DNA of 64,000 nt, taken from positions 2,297 through 66,296 of the forward strand of contig CAZLVG010000001.1 of assembly GCA_964562905.1 (NCBI GenBank). Reading direction: 5' to 3'. The notes under the pieces are model-generated. The model was given only the letters and a program-made list of their open reading frames with translations, was not told the origin of the DNA and ran no database searches. This document shows, piece after piece, positions 27,687 through 37,319 of this stretch. Source of the stretch: an uncultured Candidatus Saccharibacteria bacterium. Its GTDB lineage: Bacteria; Patescibacteriota; Andersenbacteria; UBA10190. A program made the translations under genes and the position numbers. Position 1 is the stretch's first letter. The number at the start of each line of letters is the position of its first letter.

Positions 27687-29669
27687 CTACTGAACTCTCC
27701 CTTTGCCCGGCGCCGCCGTCTCCGTGTCCGGAAACGACGGCAAAGTTGCGCTTATGGCTTCGTCCGTAAACTGGTCCACCGCCGTCAGGTTAGTCTTATT
27801 GAGCAACGGCACGCTTTCTCCCCTCTTGTTCTCGCCCGGTGTGATAGCTACCTGCATATGCAGTTCCTGGTAAGGAACAGCTTTGCCTGTCAATCCCTCC
27901 ATGTAAGGAACAGTCCACTTAAGAGTCCCGGTGCGTTCATTAAATTCAAATTGTCCCGCAGTTTTATACATCTGACCCGTGTAGCTGACGCCATCCGGCA
28001 AAACGGCCGTCAGGCGCACGTCTCCCACATCATTCAGTGTTGATCCTATGCGCCAGCGGACAGTGTAAGTCGTTTCTTCGCCAACCTGCGGCGGCAGGGG
28101 GCCGGAGCTGATCAAACCCAAACGCCCGTCGTCATACAAGGCCGCGGCCTGTAAAATTAGGTTCGTGCGCACCGAGATAACCGCCCGGTCGGAGATCACC
28201 CGGCGCGGCTGTCCGGCCGGGGCCGGCAGGTCGGGGCTGTCCACGGTAGCCGTCGTTACCAGCACGTGGTTCTTGGCTTCCGCAGTATCGGCCAGCGTGT
28301 CGGTATCAAAAACGGAGAAAGAGTAGTTGACGGTTCCCTCCTGCTGCGGCTGCAGCACGGCTAATTCGGGCACCGTGGCCGCGGACCAGAAAATCTTTTT
28401 CTCCACCGGATCGTAAAAGCCGGATGACAGCTCCAGAGAGACGGGATTAAAGCTGGCGCCTTCAAACTTCACTTCCACGATCACGTCCTTAAGACCCACC
28501 GTGCCCACGTTGCGGTAGCGAACCTCTCCCGATATTCTGCTCCCCGCCCGTACAGCAACGGGCTGCGTGCTGCCGTTGTAAACCTGCTGCACTACCACTT
28601 CGGAAGTTGAAATATTTACCACGTGGCTAAGCTCACGCTGCACGAAATTTTCCCCTCGCTGCGAAATACCCGCCTCAAAATCTATCACCCGTTTTTCACC
28701 AGTCTGTCCCTCTACATAGAATACCAGCGTCAGCTCCTTATCCCCCAACGGCTCTAACCGAGACAGACGCCAACTGGAATCCACCGTGGAAAAACCGGGC
28801 GTAAAATCAATATCTTCCAAAGCCAGTTGTACTCCCGGAGCAGGTTTCACCTGCAAATACACGCCTTCCAGGGCTCTGCCGCTTAAATTACGCACCATCA
28901 CGCTGGACATAACGCGCTCGCCGCTGGCCGCGTCATCAGCAATGTTAAGCGAGACGTCCAAAGGCAGAGCCGTAATGGTAGTCGCCTTGGCTGCCGTTTT
29001 AGGAAACCTGCCGCTGGGAAAATTCTCGGGCGTCAGTACTAACTTGGTTCGGACCGTAGCCGTCTCATTCTGCTCTCCAATCAACTGTCCTCTGACTATG
29101 AGCTCTCCCTCTTCCCCGCTATTCAAGCGGCCTATTTTAAACACTATCTGCCTCCCTGAACGTTCAATTTCCTTGCTGGCGCTACGATAAGTGAAACCGC
29201 GGGGCACGTCTACCACCAGCTCCACGTCCAGCCAATTAACCCGGCTGGCATTGCCGTAAGAGATGCGGTACACAATTTCGTCACCGGCGGTGAACTCCGG
29301 CGGAGCCCCTACCTCCAAGACCACCTGGTTTTTCGTAACCGTCCTCGCCGACCTGTACATAACCGTAGCGGCGACGGCCACAATCATAATTATCAACAGC
29401 AGAGCCAGTATGCCTGAAAACCGCAATACTCTGCCCCACCGCTTCGCCCTGATCAAAGACAGATTTTTAAACTTGAGCGCGTTAAGAATGTCTGACGCTT
29501 TTTGAGGTTTTACTACCGGTCGCTGCCTCTTTACGCCAAGACGTTGGAGCTCTTCCTGCCTGTGACGCACTTCCTCCGACTGCTCTCTGGCGTATAAGTC
29601 ACGGCGAATAACGCCCAGCTCATCCCCCCTGTCTTCTTCTTTTCTCTTCTCTTCTTCCTCGCCTGCCAT
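27687..29669 (-). CDS. Membrane-anchored surface protein with DUF11/CARDB-like repeats
   Basis: Charged cytoplasmic N-terminus, a single TM (ILALLLIIMIVAVAATVMY), then about 550 aa of beta-rich repeats resembling conserved-repeat-domain surface proteins. Confidence 0.5.
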   Translation of the reverse strand: MAGEEEEKRKEEDRGDELGVIRRDLYAREQSEEVRHRQEELQRLGVKRQRPVVKPQKASDILNALKFKNLSLIRAKRWGRVLRFSGILALLLIIMIVAVAATVMYRSARTVTKNQVVLEVGAPPEFTAGDEIVYRISYGNASRVNWLDVELVVDVPRGFTYRSASKEIERSGRQIVFKIGRLNSGEEGELIVRGQLIGEQNETATVRTKLVLTPENFPSGRFPKTAAKATTITALPLDVSLNIADDAASGERVMSSVMVRNLSGRALEGVYLQVKPAPGVQLALEDIDFTPGFSTVDSSWRLSRLEPLGDKELTLVFYVEGQTGEKRVIDFEAGISQRGENFVQRELSHVVNISTSEVVVQQVYNGSTQPVAVRAGSRISGEVRYRNVGTVGLKDVIVEVKFEGASFNPVSLELSSGFYDPVEKKIFWSAATVPELAVLQPQQEGTVNYSFSVFDTDTLADTAEAKNHVLVTTATVDSPDLPAPAGQPRRVISDRAVISVRTNLILQAAALYDDGRLGLISSGPLPPQVGEETTYTVRWRIGSTLNDVGDVRLTAVLPDGVSYTGQMYKTAGQFEFNERTGTLKWTVPYMEGLTGKAVPYQELHMQVAITPGENKRGESVPLLNKTNLTAVDQFTDEAISATLPSFPDTETAAPGKGRVQ

Positions 29670-29679
29670 ACTGTCAATT

Positions 29680-30435
29680 CTACCGCAAAATCGCTGCTTG
29701 TGGCACGGTTAGGGATACAACGTATTCGCGCCAGGCTCTAACCAGTTGCTTAGCCTGCTCGGAGGACAAGGATATGTTGAGCGCTTTTTCTGGATATTCA
29801 GAGACATACCGTAGAACTTTCAGCATGTCAGGCGTCAGCGACGACCTGGCCCGCGACATTACGCTGAGGCTGTTTCGGCGAACAGACAGGCAGGACAAGC
29901 AGAACCAGCTACCCTGTCCGGGGTCCAACACCACCGCTTCCGAGGGGATCTTCGTCCGGCAACGCTGACAACGGCCAAGCAGCGGCAGCACGCCGGCCTC
30001 TCGCAATGATAACAAAACCAGAGCTGTCTCCAGAAGGCACCTCTTGGCGTAGGGTAGGGAGGGCCACAGTTCACATGCCTGCAGCAGCGCGTCATAAAGC
30101 CTGGCATAGACAGCTTCCTCCTCCAGAACATTCATCATGACATGTACTACCCTCTGGACGCCCTTTACCGCCTCCTGGTCGTCGTGCAGGGGTCTGAAAT
30201 ACTGCTGCGTATCCGCCGCCTGCAGAAAAAAACGTCCCTGGCTGCCTGTCACCAGTGCCACTACCTGCGTCAACGGCTCACCATGCCCGCCCCGCCGGGA
30301 CGGTATACGGCGCACCCCCTTAGCCACCACTTTTATGATGCCTTTTTCCCTGCTAAACAACGTCATCAGCCTGTCGGCCTCGCCCACGCTGCGCCGGGAC
30401 AGTACCAGTGCCTGCAATTTATCCCGATACACCAC
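29680..30435 (-). CDS. recO: DNA repair protein RecO
   Basis: N-terminal OB-fold signature ALVLSRRSVGEADRLMTLFSREKGIIKVVAKG and a C-terminal Cys4 zinc motif (CQRC...CLSC). Confidence 0.8.
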   Translation of the reverse strand: MVYRDKLQALVLSRRSVGEADRLMTLFSREKGIIKVVAKGVRRIPSRRGGHGEPLTQVVALVTGSQGRFFLQAADTQQYFRPLHDDQEAVKGVQRVVHVMMNVLEEEAVYARLYDALLQACELWPSLPYAKRCLLETALVLLSLREAGVLPLLGRCQRCRTKIPSEAVVLDPGQGSWFCLSCLSVRRNSLSVMSRARSSLTPDMLKVLRYVSEYPEKALNISLSSEQAKQLVRAWREYVVSLTVPQAAILR

Positions 30436-30447
30436 CTCTTCACCCCC

Positions 30448-33375
30448 TTATGACACTTTGACCACGCCAAGGTGCGTCCCTCGGCCGTCCACTTCAAAGT
30501 AACCGCCAGTCTGTTTCTCCCCGCTTGCCTCCTCCACTTTGTCTGCCTGCAAGGCGGAAGTAATTTCGTTACGATGCTCCTTGAAGGCCCGTCTTAACTG
30601 TTCATCTTCTGTGCTGAACAACAATATTATACGATCATTTAAGGTGTAACCGGCTTGGCGCCGTAATACCTGACCGCGCCGCACTACCTCCCGCGCCACC
30701 CCTTTTCGCCACAAGTCGGGTGTTATAACACAGTCAACTTCCACTGCCACCGGTGGCCTGCCCCCGAGGGAGTAACTTTCCATTCCCTCGCTTGGCTCCT
30801 CAATATAGGCCAGCTCTCCCACGTTTACCTCTTCCCTGACCAGTTCGGCAATCTCCTCGGGAAGTTCAGCTTCGCCCTTCCTTCGGTGTACTTTCATACC
30901 GCGTAGCGGCTGCCTTACTTTGCCCACCCCGCGCTTTACCCTGTCTGCCAGGCCAGCGTATGCGTACTCCTGCGCCGTTCGCATCAGCCGCCGCAACTGC
31001 CTGGTTTCTTCAATTACTTTTTTGTCAGCCGGCTGCCAATCCGTAAGATGAACTGACAAAGGCACTTTTTTGTTTAAGCCGACAACTAGATGCTGGTACA
31101 TTGCTTCCGCGGAAAAGGGCAGTAAAGGTGCCAACACTCCCGACAAGCGGACTAGGACGTCATACAAGGTCCGCAAGGCCTGCTTGTCGCCCGCCACAAA
31201 CCTGGAACGTGAGCGTCTGATATACCAGTTAGACAGGTCTTCCACCACGGGCCTGACGGCCCGGGCGGCCGTCACGTAGTCGTACCTGCTCAAGGCAATA
31301 TCAATCTTCTCGGCCAGCTGTTCCACCTGGCCCGCAATCCACATGTCCAGCGTGTGTCTGCCACCTTCTCTTCCCGTTGGCTCAAACTTGTGTAAGTCGG
31401 CATAGGTTAAGAAGTAGCGGTAACTGTTCCACAAAATCAACATAGTTTTGCGGTAGTGATCCGTCATGTCGTCTTCCGACACGCTCATATCTTCGCCGTA
31501 CATTATGGGACTGGACATAAAGTACAGGCGCAACGTCTCGCCACCGTATTTCTTTATTATTTCCTTGGGGTCAGGGTAATTGTTATACGATTTTGACATT
31601 TTACGGCCGTCGTCGCCTTTCATCACGCCCGTAACCACCGCGTTCCTGAAAGCCGGAGATTGCCACATAGCGCCTGCTATAACATGCAGGTAGTAAAACC
31701 ATCCCCGCAGCTGACCAGTGTATTCCACCACAAAATCAGCCGGGAAGCTGTCTTTGAATTCTCGCCTGTTTTCAAAGGGAAAATGCCGCTGGGCCGCCGG
31801 CATGGAGGCCGATTCAAACCATACGTCAAGTACTTCCTTAACCCGGACCATCCGGCCTGTACACGAGCAGTCCCAGGTAATTTCATCAATATCCGGACGG
31901 TGCAAGTCAGCTACTTTTTTACCCGACGCCCTCTCAATTTCTTCAACAGAACCCTTAACCTGTACACGGCCGCAAGCAGCGCACTTCCAAACCGGAAGCG
32001 GCGTGCCCCAGTAACGGGAACGAGACAGGCACCAGTCGGGGGCAGTTCTAAGATTGTAAGCAAACCTCCCCTGCTTAAAATGCTCCGGCACCCAGTTCAC
32101 TGCCTCATTCTCCTGCAGAAGCCGGCTGCGCAGCCCGTCCAGGCGCATATACCATGCCCGCTGTGCCCGATAGATTAGAGGAGTTTCACAGCGATAGCAA
32201 AAAGGGTAAGAGTGTTTTATGGCGCCTTTATCAAACAGCAACCCGCGCGCGGACAGACGATCAACTATACCCGGGTCAGCCTCCTTGTAATAAACGCCCC
32301 GCCAAGGAGGTAGTTCGCTGGAAATCATGCCTTCTTCATTCACGGTCACAAAAACGCTCAAGCCTTCTTTCTGCCCCAGATCAAAATCGTCCTGGCCGAA
32401 AGCAGGAGCTATATGCACCACGCCAGTTCCTTCTTCCGTAGTCACGAAAGACGCCGGGTACACTTGGAAATCGTTATCTCCCCTGGGTCCATACGGAAAC
32501 AAGGGTTCATATTTTAAGCCCACCAGTTCTTTGCCTTCAAACTCGCTGGTTATTTCCTGAAGCCTGTCCTTGTACCTTTCATACGCAGTCCGCGCCAGCA
32601 CAACCTTTTGACCGTCATCAGCAATTGCCTCCACATACTCAACTTCAGGATCAACCGCCAAAGCTCTGTTAGCCGGCAAGGTCCAGGGGGTAGTCGTCCA
32701 AGCCAAAAAATACCGGTTGCGTCCGCGCTCTTTGAATTTAACCGTCACCGCTGGATCTTCTACTTCCCGGTAAAAACCTTCATCCATAGTAATCTCAAAC
32801 TTGGACAAAGGCGTGGCGCAGCGCGGGCAATATAAAGAGGAACGCACCCCTTCATAAATGAAATCTTTTTCGTACAACTGCTTAAAGATCCATATCACTG
32901 ACTCCATGTAGTCCCTGTCCATGGTCCTGTACGCTCCTTTCATGTCCACCCAACGGCCTATATGATTGACGTACCAGTGCCATTCCGAAGACACATCCGA
33001 CACGTAATCCCGGCAGGCCGACACAAACTTGTCCACGCCCAGCTCTTCAATATCCTTCTTGCTTTTTATACCCAGCTTTTTTTCCACTTGCGTTTCCGCC
33101 GGCAAGCCGTGGCAATCCCAGCCCCACACCCGCCGTACCCGCTTGCCCTTCATGGTCTGGAACCGGGGTATGATATCCTTGGCGATGCTGGGCAACAAGG
33201 TGGCGTAATGAGGAATACCGGTCACGAAGGGAGGACCGTCGTAAAAAGAATAACTGTTGTCCTTAGGACGTTGCCTAATCGATTCTTTAAAAACGCCAGT
33301 TTCCTCCCACAGCTTCAGAATTTCTTCCTGCATCTCAAAAAGATCCAGGTCTTGTTTTAACGGCTTGAATTTCAT
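30448..33375 (-). CDS. ileS: Isoleucyl-tRNA synthetase, type 2 (eukaryote/archaea-like)
   Basis: Motif SFYDGPPFVTGIPHY (type-2 HIGH-region signature), WDCHGLP and KMSKS. Length is 975 aa. Confidence 0.9.
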   Translation of the reverse strand: MKFKPLKQDLDLFEMQEEILKLWEETGVFKESIRQRPKDNSYSFYDGPPFVTGIPHYATLLPSIAKDIIPRFQTMKGKRVRRVWGWDCHGLPAETQVEKKLGIKSKKDIEELGVDKFVSACRDYVSDVSSEWHWYVNHIGRWVDMKGAYRTMDRDYMESVIWIFKQLYEKDFIYEGVRSSLYCPRCATPLSKFEITMDEGFYREVEDPAVTVKFKERGRNRYFLAWTTTPWTLPANRALAVDPEVEYVEAIADDGQKVVLARTAYERYKDRLQEITSEFEGKELVGLKYEPLFPYGPRGDNDFQVYPASFVTTEEGTGVVHIAPAFGQDDFDLGQKEGLSVFVTVNEEGMISSELPPWRGVYYKEADPGIVDRLSARGLLFDKGAIKHSYPFCYRCETPLIYRAQRAWYMRLDGLRSRLLQENEAVNWVPEHFKQGRFAYNLRTAPDWCLSRSRYWGTPLPVWKCAACGRVQVKGSVEEIERASGKKVADLHRPDIDEITWDCSCTGRMVRVKEVLDVWFESASMPAAQRHFPFENRREFKDSFPADFVVEYTGQLRGWFYYLHVIAGAMWQSPAFRNAVVTGVMKGDDGRKMSKSYNNYPDPKEIIKKYGGETLRLYFMSSPIMYGEDMSVSEDDMTDHYRKTMLILWNSYRYFLTYADLHKFEPTGREGGRHTLDMWIAGQVEQLAEKIDIALSRYDYVTAARAVRPVVEDLSNWYIRRSRSRFVAGDKQALRTLYDVLVRLSGVLAPLLPFSAEAMYQHLVVGLNKKVPLSVHLTDWQPADKKVIEETRQLRRLMRTAQEYAYAGLADRVKRGVGKVRQPLRGMKVHRRKGEAELPEEIAELVREEVNVGELAYIEEPSEGMESYSLGGRPPVAVEVDCVITPDLWRKGVAREVVRRGQVLRRQAGYTLNDRIILLFSTEDEQLRRAFKEHRNEITSALQADKVEEASGEKQTGGYFEVDGRGTHLGVVKVS

Positions 33376-33383
33376 CTTCCGCT

Positions 33384-34064
33384 TTACGCTTTACCCCGGC
33401 GCACTGTCTCTTCCTTTCTTTCCTTATTGGCTAAACCTCCCGCTGGTGAAGGCTCCTTCTGAACCATCTCCTGATAAACCTTCGTCAGCTTTTTCACCCG
33501 GCGTTTCCAGGCTCCCCTGTCAGAGCCTTCCAGAGGCATCACCACCACCCGGCTTTCAGGATAGCCGTGCCGCTTGGTTAATGTCTTTTTATCCTCGGAA
33601 GAACCAACTATTATCCGCTTAGCTCGCTTGCAAAGCCTACTGAAGGCCACTCGGGTCCCCAGCATAAATGAACGGACAAATAAATTACTCTCACTTTTTC
33701 CCCGCGGCACGTAATGAAAAGTCGTAACTATACGCCCAGGATACAAATACGGAATCAGTCCTTCGGGAGAATGGAATACGTCCAGCCGGGCTGCTGCTAG
33801 AAAAGAAGAAATCAGCATGTGAGAATACACTACGGGCAAGTAGCGACGGTACTGAATGAAAGGAAAACGCTTTATAACCACGTTGGACCTAGCGAATTTT
33901 TTGGTACTTTTCATGCGCTTGTCAAAAAAAAGCACCCAAGTGTGTTCCTTTTTTTTATCGGCGTCTATCAAATTCATAATCAGTTCTTCCGTATAACGAG
34001 CGATCTTGGGGTCATATCTTTTGTGCTGGCGCAGTATTATGTGCGCGTCAATTCCTATTCTCAT
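33384..34064 (-). CDS. Glycosyltransferase family 4-like N-terminal domain protein (C-terminal catalytic half missing; possible pseudogene or truncated GT)
   Basis: Start MRIGIDAHIIL, typical of GT4. The inter-domain segment KRAKRIIVGSSEDKKTLTKRHGYPESRVVVMPLEGSD is then followed by a K/R-rich tail instead of the GT-B C-terminal domain. The annotated ORF start at 34283 is probably too far upstream. Confidence 0.45.
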   Translation of the reverse strand: MRIGIDAHIILRQHKRYDPKIARYTEELIMNLIDADKKKEHTWVLFFDKRMKSTKKFARSNVVIKRFPFIQYRRYLPVVYSHMLISSFLAAARLDVFHSPEGLIPYLYPGRIVTTFHYVPRGKSESNLFVRSFMLGTRVAFSRLCKRAKRIIVGSSEDKKTLTKRHGYPESRVVVMPLEGSDRGAWKRRVKKLTKVYQEMVQKEPSPAGGLANKERKEETVRRGKA

Positions 34065-34282
34065 AGATATGAGGCCAGTATATAGGACTTGCTCCTTCAA
34101 GCCAAGTATGAGTCCGGCGGAGCCGCGGCCAGAGAAGCGACGGACAGGCGGAGAGAATCTCTTATAAAAGGGGGCGGGGAGGCCGGCGCGGCCGGCCGCC
34201 GTCCGAACTCGCTCGCCAGGCTCAAGCCAGCTCCGCTCCGGACGGACCGATAAAAGGCAGACGAGGCACAGGTCCTGCACCA

Positions 34283-35992
34283 TTACATCACATCAGGCTT
34301 GCTAATGCCCAAAAGGTCAAAAACACGTCCCAAGACAGCGCGCGCCGCCAGCACCAGCTGCAACCGACTGCTGGCTATTCTTTTATTGTCAGCCGCCAGC
34401 ACAGGCACATGGCGGTAAAAAACGTGCAGGGCGCGGGCCATATCCCTGGCATAGTAAGCCAATAAATGAACATTATGAGTGTTCACAATGTCTTGAACAA
34501 TTTCCGGAAAACGGTACAGTTGTCGTATCAGTTCCAGCTCCAGGGTGTGGGTCAGGGCAGGCCTGTCCGTAAGTTCCATCCTGTATCCAATCTGGTCTAT
34601 TATCCCTTTTTCCTTAGCGCGCCGCAGAATGGACTGTAAGCGTACATAAGCGTACTGGAGGTAATAGACGGGATTACGCTCGCTGCGCTCTTTGGCTAAG
34701 TCCAAGTCAAGATCCATGTGCGAGTCCAGCCGGTGTTGTACCAAGAAGAATCGCGCGGCGTCGTAACCTATCTCCCGTATAAGGTCCTGGGGGGCGAACA
34801 CCTCGCCTTTTCTCTTGGAAAGCCTGACTGGCTTGCCTTGGCGCACCAGGCCGAACCACTGGGACACCACCAAATGCAGCTTGCTCGTATCGTTGCCCAA
34901 CATTTCTAGCGCCGCTTTTAACTTAGGCAAATGACCCTGGTGATCCGCTCCCACCACCGTCACTATGACATCAAAACCTCTGTTATATTTATCCTGGTGA
35001 TAACCTATATCCGGTGCTATGTAAGCGTACTGCCCGTCACTTTTGACCAGTATCCTGTCTTTGTCGTCTCCGAACAATGTCGTCTTTAGGTACACCGCGC
35101 CGCCTTTGCTAAAAGTTACCCCCCGCTTTTGCAACTGCTGCACTGTCTTTTCTATTACGCCTCTCTCGCGCAGTTCTTTCTCGCTGGTCCATACGTCAAA
35201 ATGTATCTTGAGGACATCGGCCACGGTCTTCTTTATCAGTTCCAGTACCTCTTCCGCCGCTTGCTCCCCTGCTTGCTGCACTATTTCTTTATCATCAAGG
35301 TCACGGGGCACAAACTCTTTGCCTTCGTCTTCCCGCCACTTTTCACCTATATCCCTGGCTAACTCCTTCACGTATTCCCCCTGATACAAGTCCCCTGGTA
35401 GCTCTACGTCATACCCGCTCTCTTGCAATAGTCTCAACAGCACCGACCGTCCTAGGCGCGTGATCTGACTGCCCGCGTCATTTATGTAATACTCCCTGGT
35501 CACATTGTAGCCAGCGCATTCCATAACCCGTCCCAGCGTGTCCACGCTGAAAGCCGTGCGGCAATTGGCCAGAGTTAAGGGGCCAGTGGGGTTAGCCGAA
35601 ATGAATTCCAGGTTTATTCTTTTGCCGCGGCCGATGTTGATGCCGCCACAAACATCTTCCTCAATGACGTTATCTAGCCGCGAAGTTAGCCAGCCGACAT
35701 TAAGACGGATATTCAGGAACCCGCGTTTGGCTGCCGTGAGACGGCCCACGTACATCTTCTTGGGCATGTGCCGCGCTATGGCCTTCACGATTTCCAGGGG
35801 TTGTTTACTCCGGATAAGCGGAGCTAGCCGCAGAGCCACGGGACTGGCGTAGTCGCCCCGTTCGCGGTTATCCTGCCACTCCACTGTCACCTCTGGCCAC
35901 TGCTTCCCCCATGCCGGCAGCTCGCCTGCCTGTACGGCTGCCCGCACGCCTTCCTGGATATCCTGCCTTAACGCTTCTTTAAGATTCAGCAT
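34283..35992 (-). CDS. argS: Arginyl-tRNA synthetase
   Basis: Motif FISANPTGPLTLANCRTAFSVDTLGRV (HIGH-like region of ArgRS) and C-terminal DALR anticodon-binding domain motifs. Length is 569 aa. Confidence 0.9.
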   Translation of the reverse strand: MLNLKEALRQDIQEGVRAAVQAGELPAWGKQWPEVTVEWQDNRERGDYASPVALRLAPLIRSKQPLEIVKAIARHMPKKMYVGRLTAAKRGFLNIRLNVGWLTSRLDNVIEEDVCGGINIGRGKRINLEFISANPTGPLTLANCRTAFSVDTLGRVMECAGYNVTREYYINDAGSQITRLGRSVLLRLLQESGYDVELPGDLYQGEYVKELARDIGEKWREDEGKEFVPRDLDDKEIVQQAGEQAAEEVLELIKKTVADVLKIHFDVWTSEKELRERGVIEKTVQQLQKRGVTFSKGGAVYLKTTLFGDDKDRILVKSDGQYAYIAPDIGYHQDKYNRGFDVIVTVVGADHQGHLPKLKAALEMLGNDTSKLHLVVSQWFGLVRQGKPVRLSKRKGEVFAPQDLIREIGYDAARFFLVQHRLDSHMDLDLDLAKERSERNPVYYLQYAYVRLQSILRRAKEKGIIDQIGYRMELTDRPALTHTLELELIRQLYRFPEIVQDIVNTHNVHLLAYYARDMARALHVFYRHVPVLAADNKRIASSRLQLVLAARAVLGRVFDLLGISKPDVM

Positions 35993-36074
35993 ACTTTATA
36001 AGTATAACCAGAAAGCGTTAAAAAACCCCATTACTCATCCTGGTAACGGGGTGAACGAACAGAAATAGCCTTGG

Positions 36075-37181
36075 TCAGACGCGCCGAAGCTTCTGCTCGT
36101 AACGAACCCTTCGGCAGCGCTGAAAACCGTATTTATGCAACCGGCAGTCGCCGCCCCGGCAAGCCTTCTGGCACTCGTCCTTGGTACGCTGGCCCAAGAA
36201 GGAAGTGTCTAGGGACATTTTGACCAGACTGGCCACCGTCTCCAGCGACAGGCGGGTAACGGGGTACTCAAAGTGCTCCGTGCCGTTGTGCAGCTGGCCG
36301 TAAGGCTTGGCGTAATACCATCGGCCTTCCCGGTACGGTACGCCCTCGCCGCGCAACTTCTCCCAGTCGCGCTCCCGGACGTCGTCTTGAGCTTCCTGCT
36401 CGGCAATATTCACCGCCTGGGCCAAGTCGTCCAAGTTAAGGTTGGCTTTGTTGTTGGTGAAAACGTGAATATGACCGTCAGGATCCTGCTGTACCACGAC
36501 GTCGGCTTTAAACCAGGCGCGGGCGGCCGTACTCACGTGCCAGTTGTGGTCCTCGTCGGCGGGAACCGCCACCACTACCAGCCGCAGCTCTTTTCCTTTC
36601 GGGCCATTTATGGTCTCGTGTCTTCCCTGCCGGCGAATGAGCTGCGCCGCCCTGTGAAACACTTCCTGGTCCCACACAAACATCCTCACCAGGTCCTTCA
36701 GGTGCTCAATCACCCTGTGCTGCTCTGGCTCCGTGAAGGTGCCGCCGCTGGCTTCGGCCAGGTGGCGCCGCCAGCGAAACAGCAGGCGCGTCAAGGAATA
36801 TACGTCATAAGGGTGCCGCGCTTCCACGGCCTCCCTGCGCCCAGGATTCATCTGCCCGCCGGTTTCAGCAAAGTTGCAGAAAGCCACCATCTGCCTCCAC
36901 CAGGGGGCTTTCTCAACCAGGTTGAGGGCCTTGGCTACCAGCGCCAGGCAACAGCCCTTCTTGCGTCCTTCTCCCGTGTCAGGGTCGGGGTGCTCATCAA
37001 AAGGACCGCCGCCCACCCCCAGCCACAGCCTCCCGTCGGGACAGTATTTGTCCAGGAAAGCTCTGTCTCCGTATTCCTCTACGGCCACTAAAGCCGCAAC
37101 TTCCTCCAGGTGAGGGTAAGCATGCAGCTCCACTGGCACATTCTCCGCGGCCACCGAGATTTCACAGGTCACCGTGTCCAT
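36075..37181 (-). CDS. Hypothetical protein with C-terminal Cys cluster (zinc-ribbon-like)
   Basis: No family recognised. Contains LGVGGGPFDEHPDPD and C-terminal CQKACRGGDCRLHKYGFQRC. Confidence 0.4.
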   Translation of the reverse strand: MDTVTCEISVAAENVPVELHAYPHLEEVAALVAVEEYGDRAFLDKYCPDGRLWLGVGGGPFDEHPDPDTGEGRKKGCCLALVAKALNLVEKAPWWRQMVAFCNFAETGGQMNPGRREAVEARHPYDVYSLTRLLFRWRRHLAEASGGTFTEPEQHRVIEHLKDLVRMFVWDQEVFHRAAQLIRRQGRHETINGPKGKELRLVVVAVPADEDHNWHVSTAARAWFKADVVVQQDPDGHIHVFTNNKANLNLDDLAQAVNIAEQEAQDDVRERDWEKLRGEGVPYREGRWYYAKPYGQLHNGTEHFEYPVTRLSLETVASLVKMSLDTSFLGQRTKDECQKACRGGDCRLHKYGFQRCRRVRYEQKLRRV

Positions 37182-37319
37182 CGCTATCTCCCTTCAAATT
37201 CGGGGGCGCCAAAAAATTCCCAAAGAAACTGCCTCTTTGGGTTGGGTAAGAACAACTTGTCAAGCTACTCAAGCTGCCTCAAGCTACCTCGACAAGTTAC
37301 TATTATATGCTACAACAGG

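Noticed and set aside
36273-37091. 272-aa + strand ORF antisense to the 368-aa hypothetical gene
   Set aside because: It overlaps a longer ORF whose codon-position GC pattern looks coding. No motifs. The antisense frame is the less parsimonious call.
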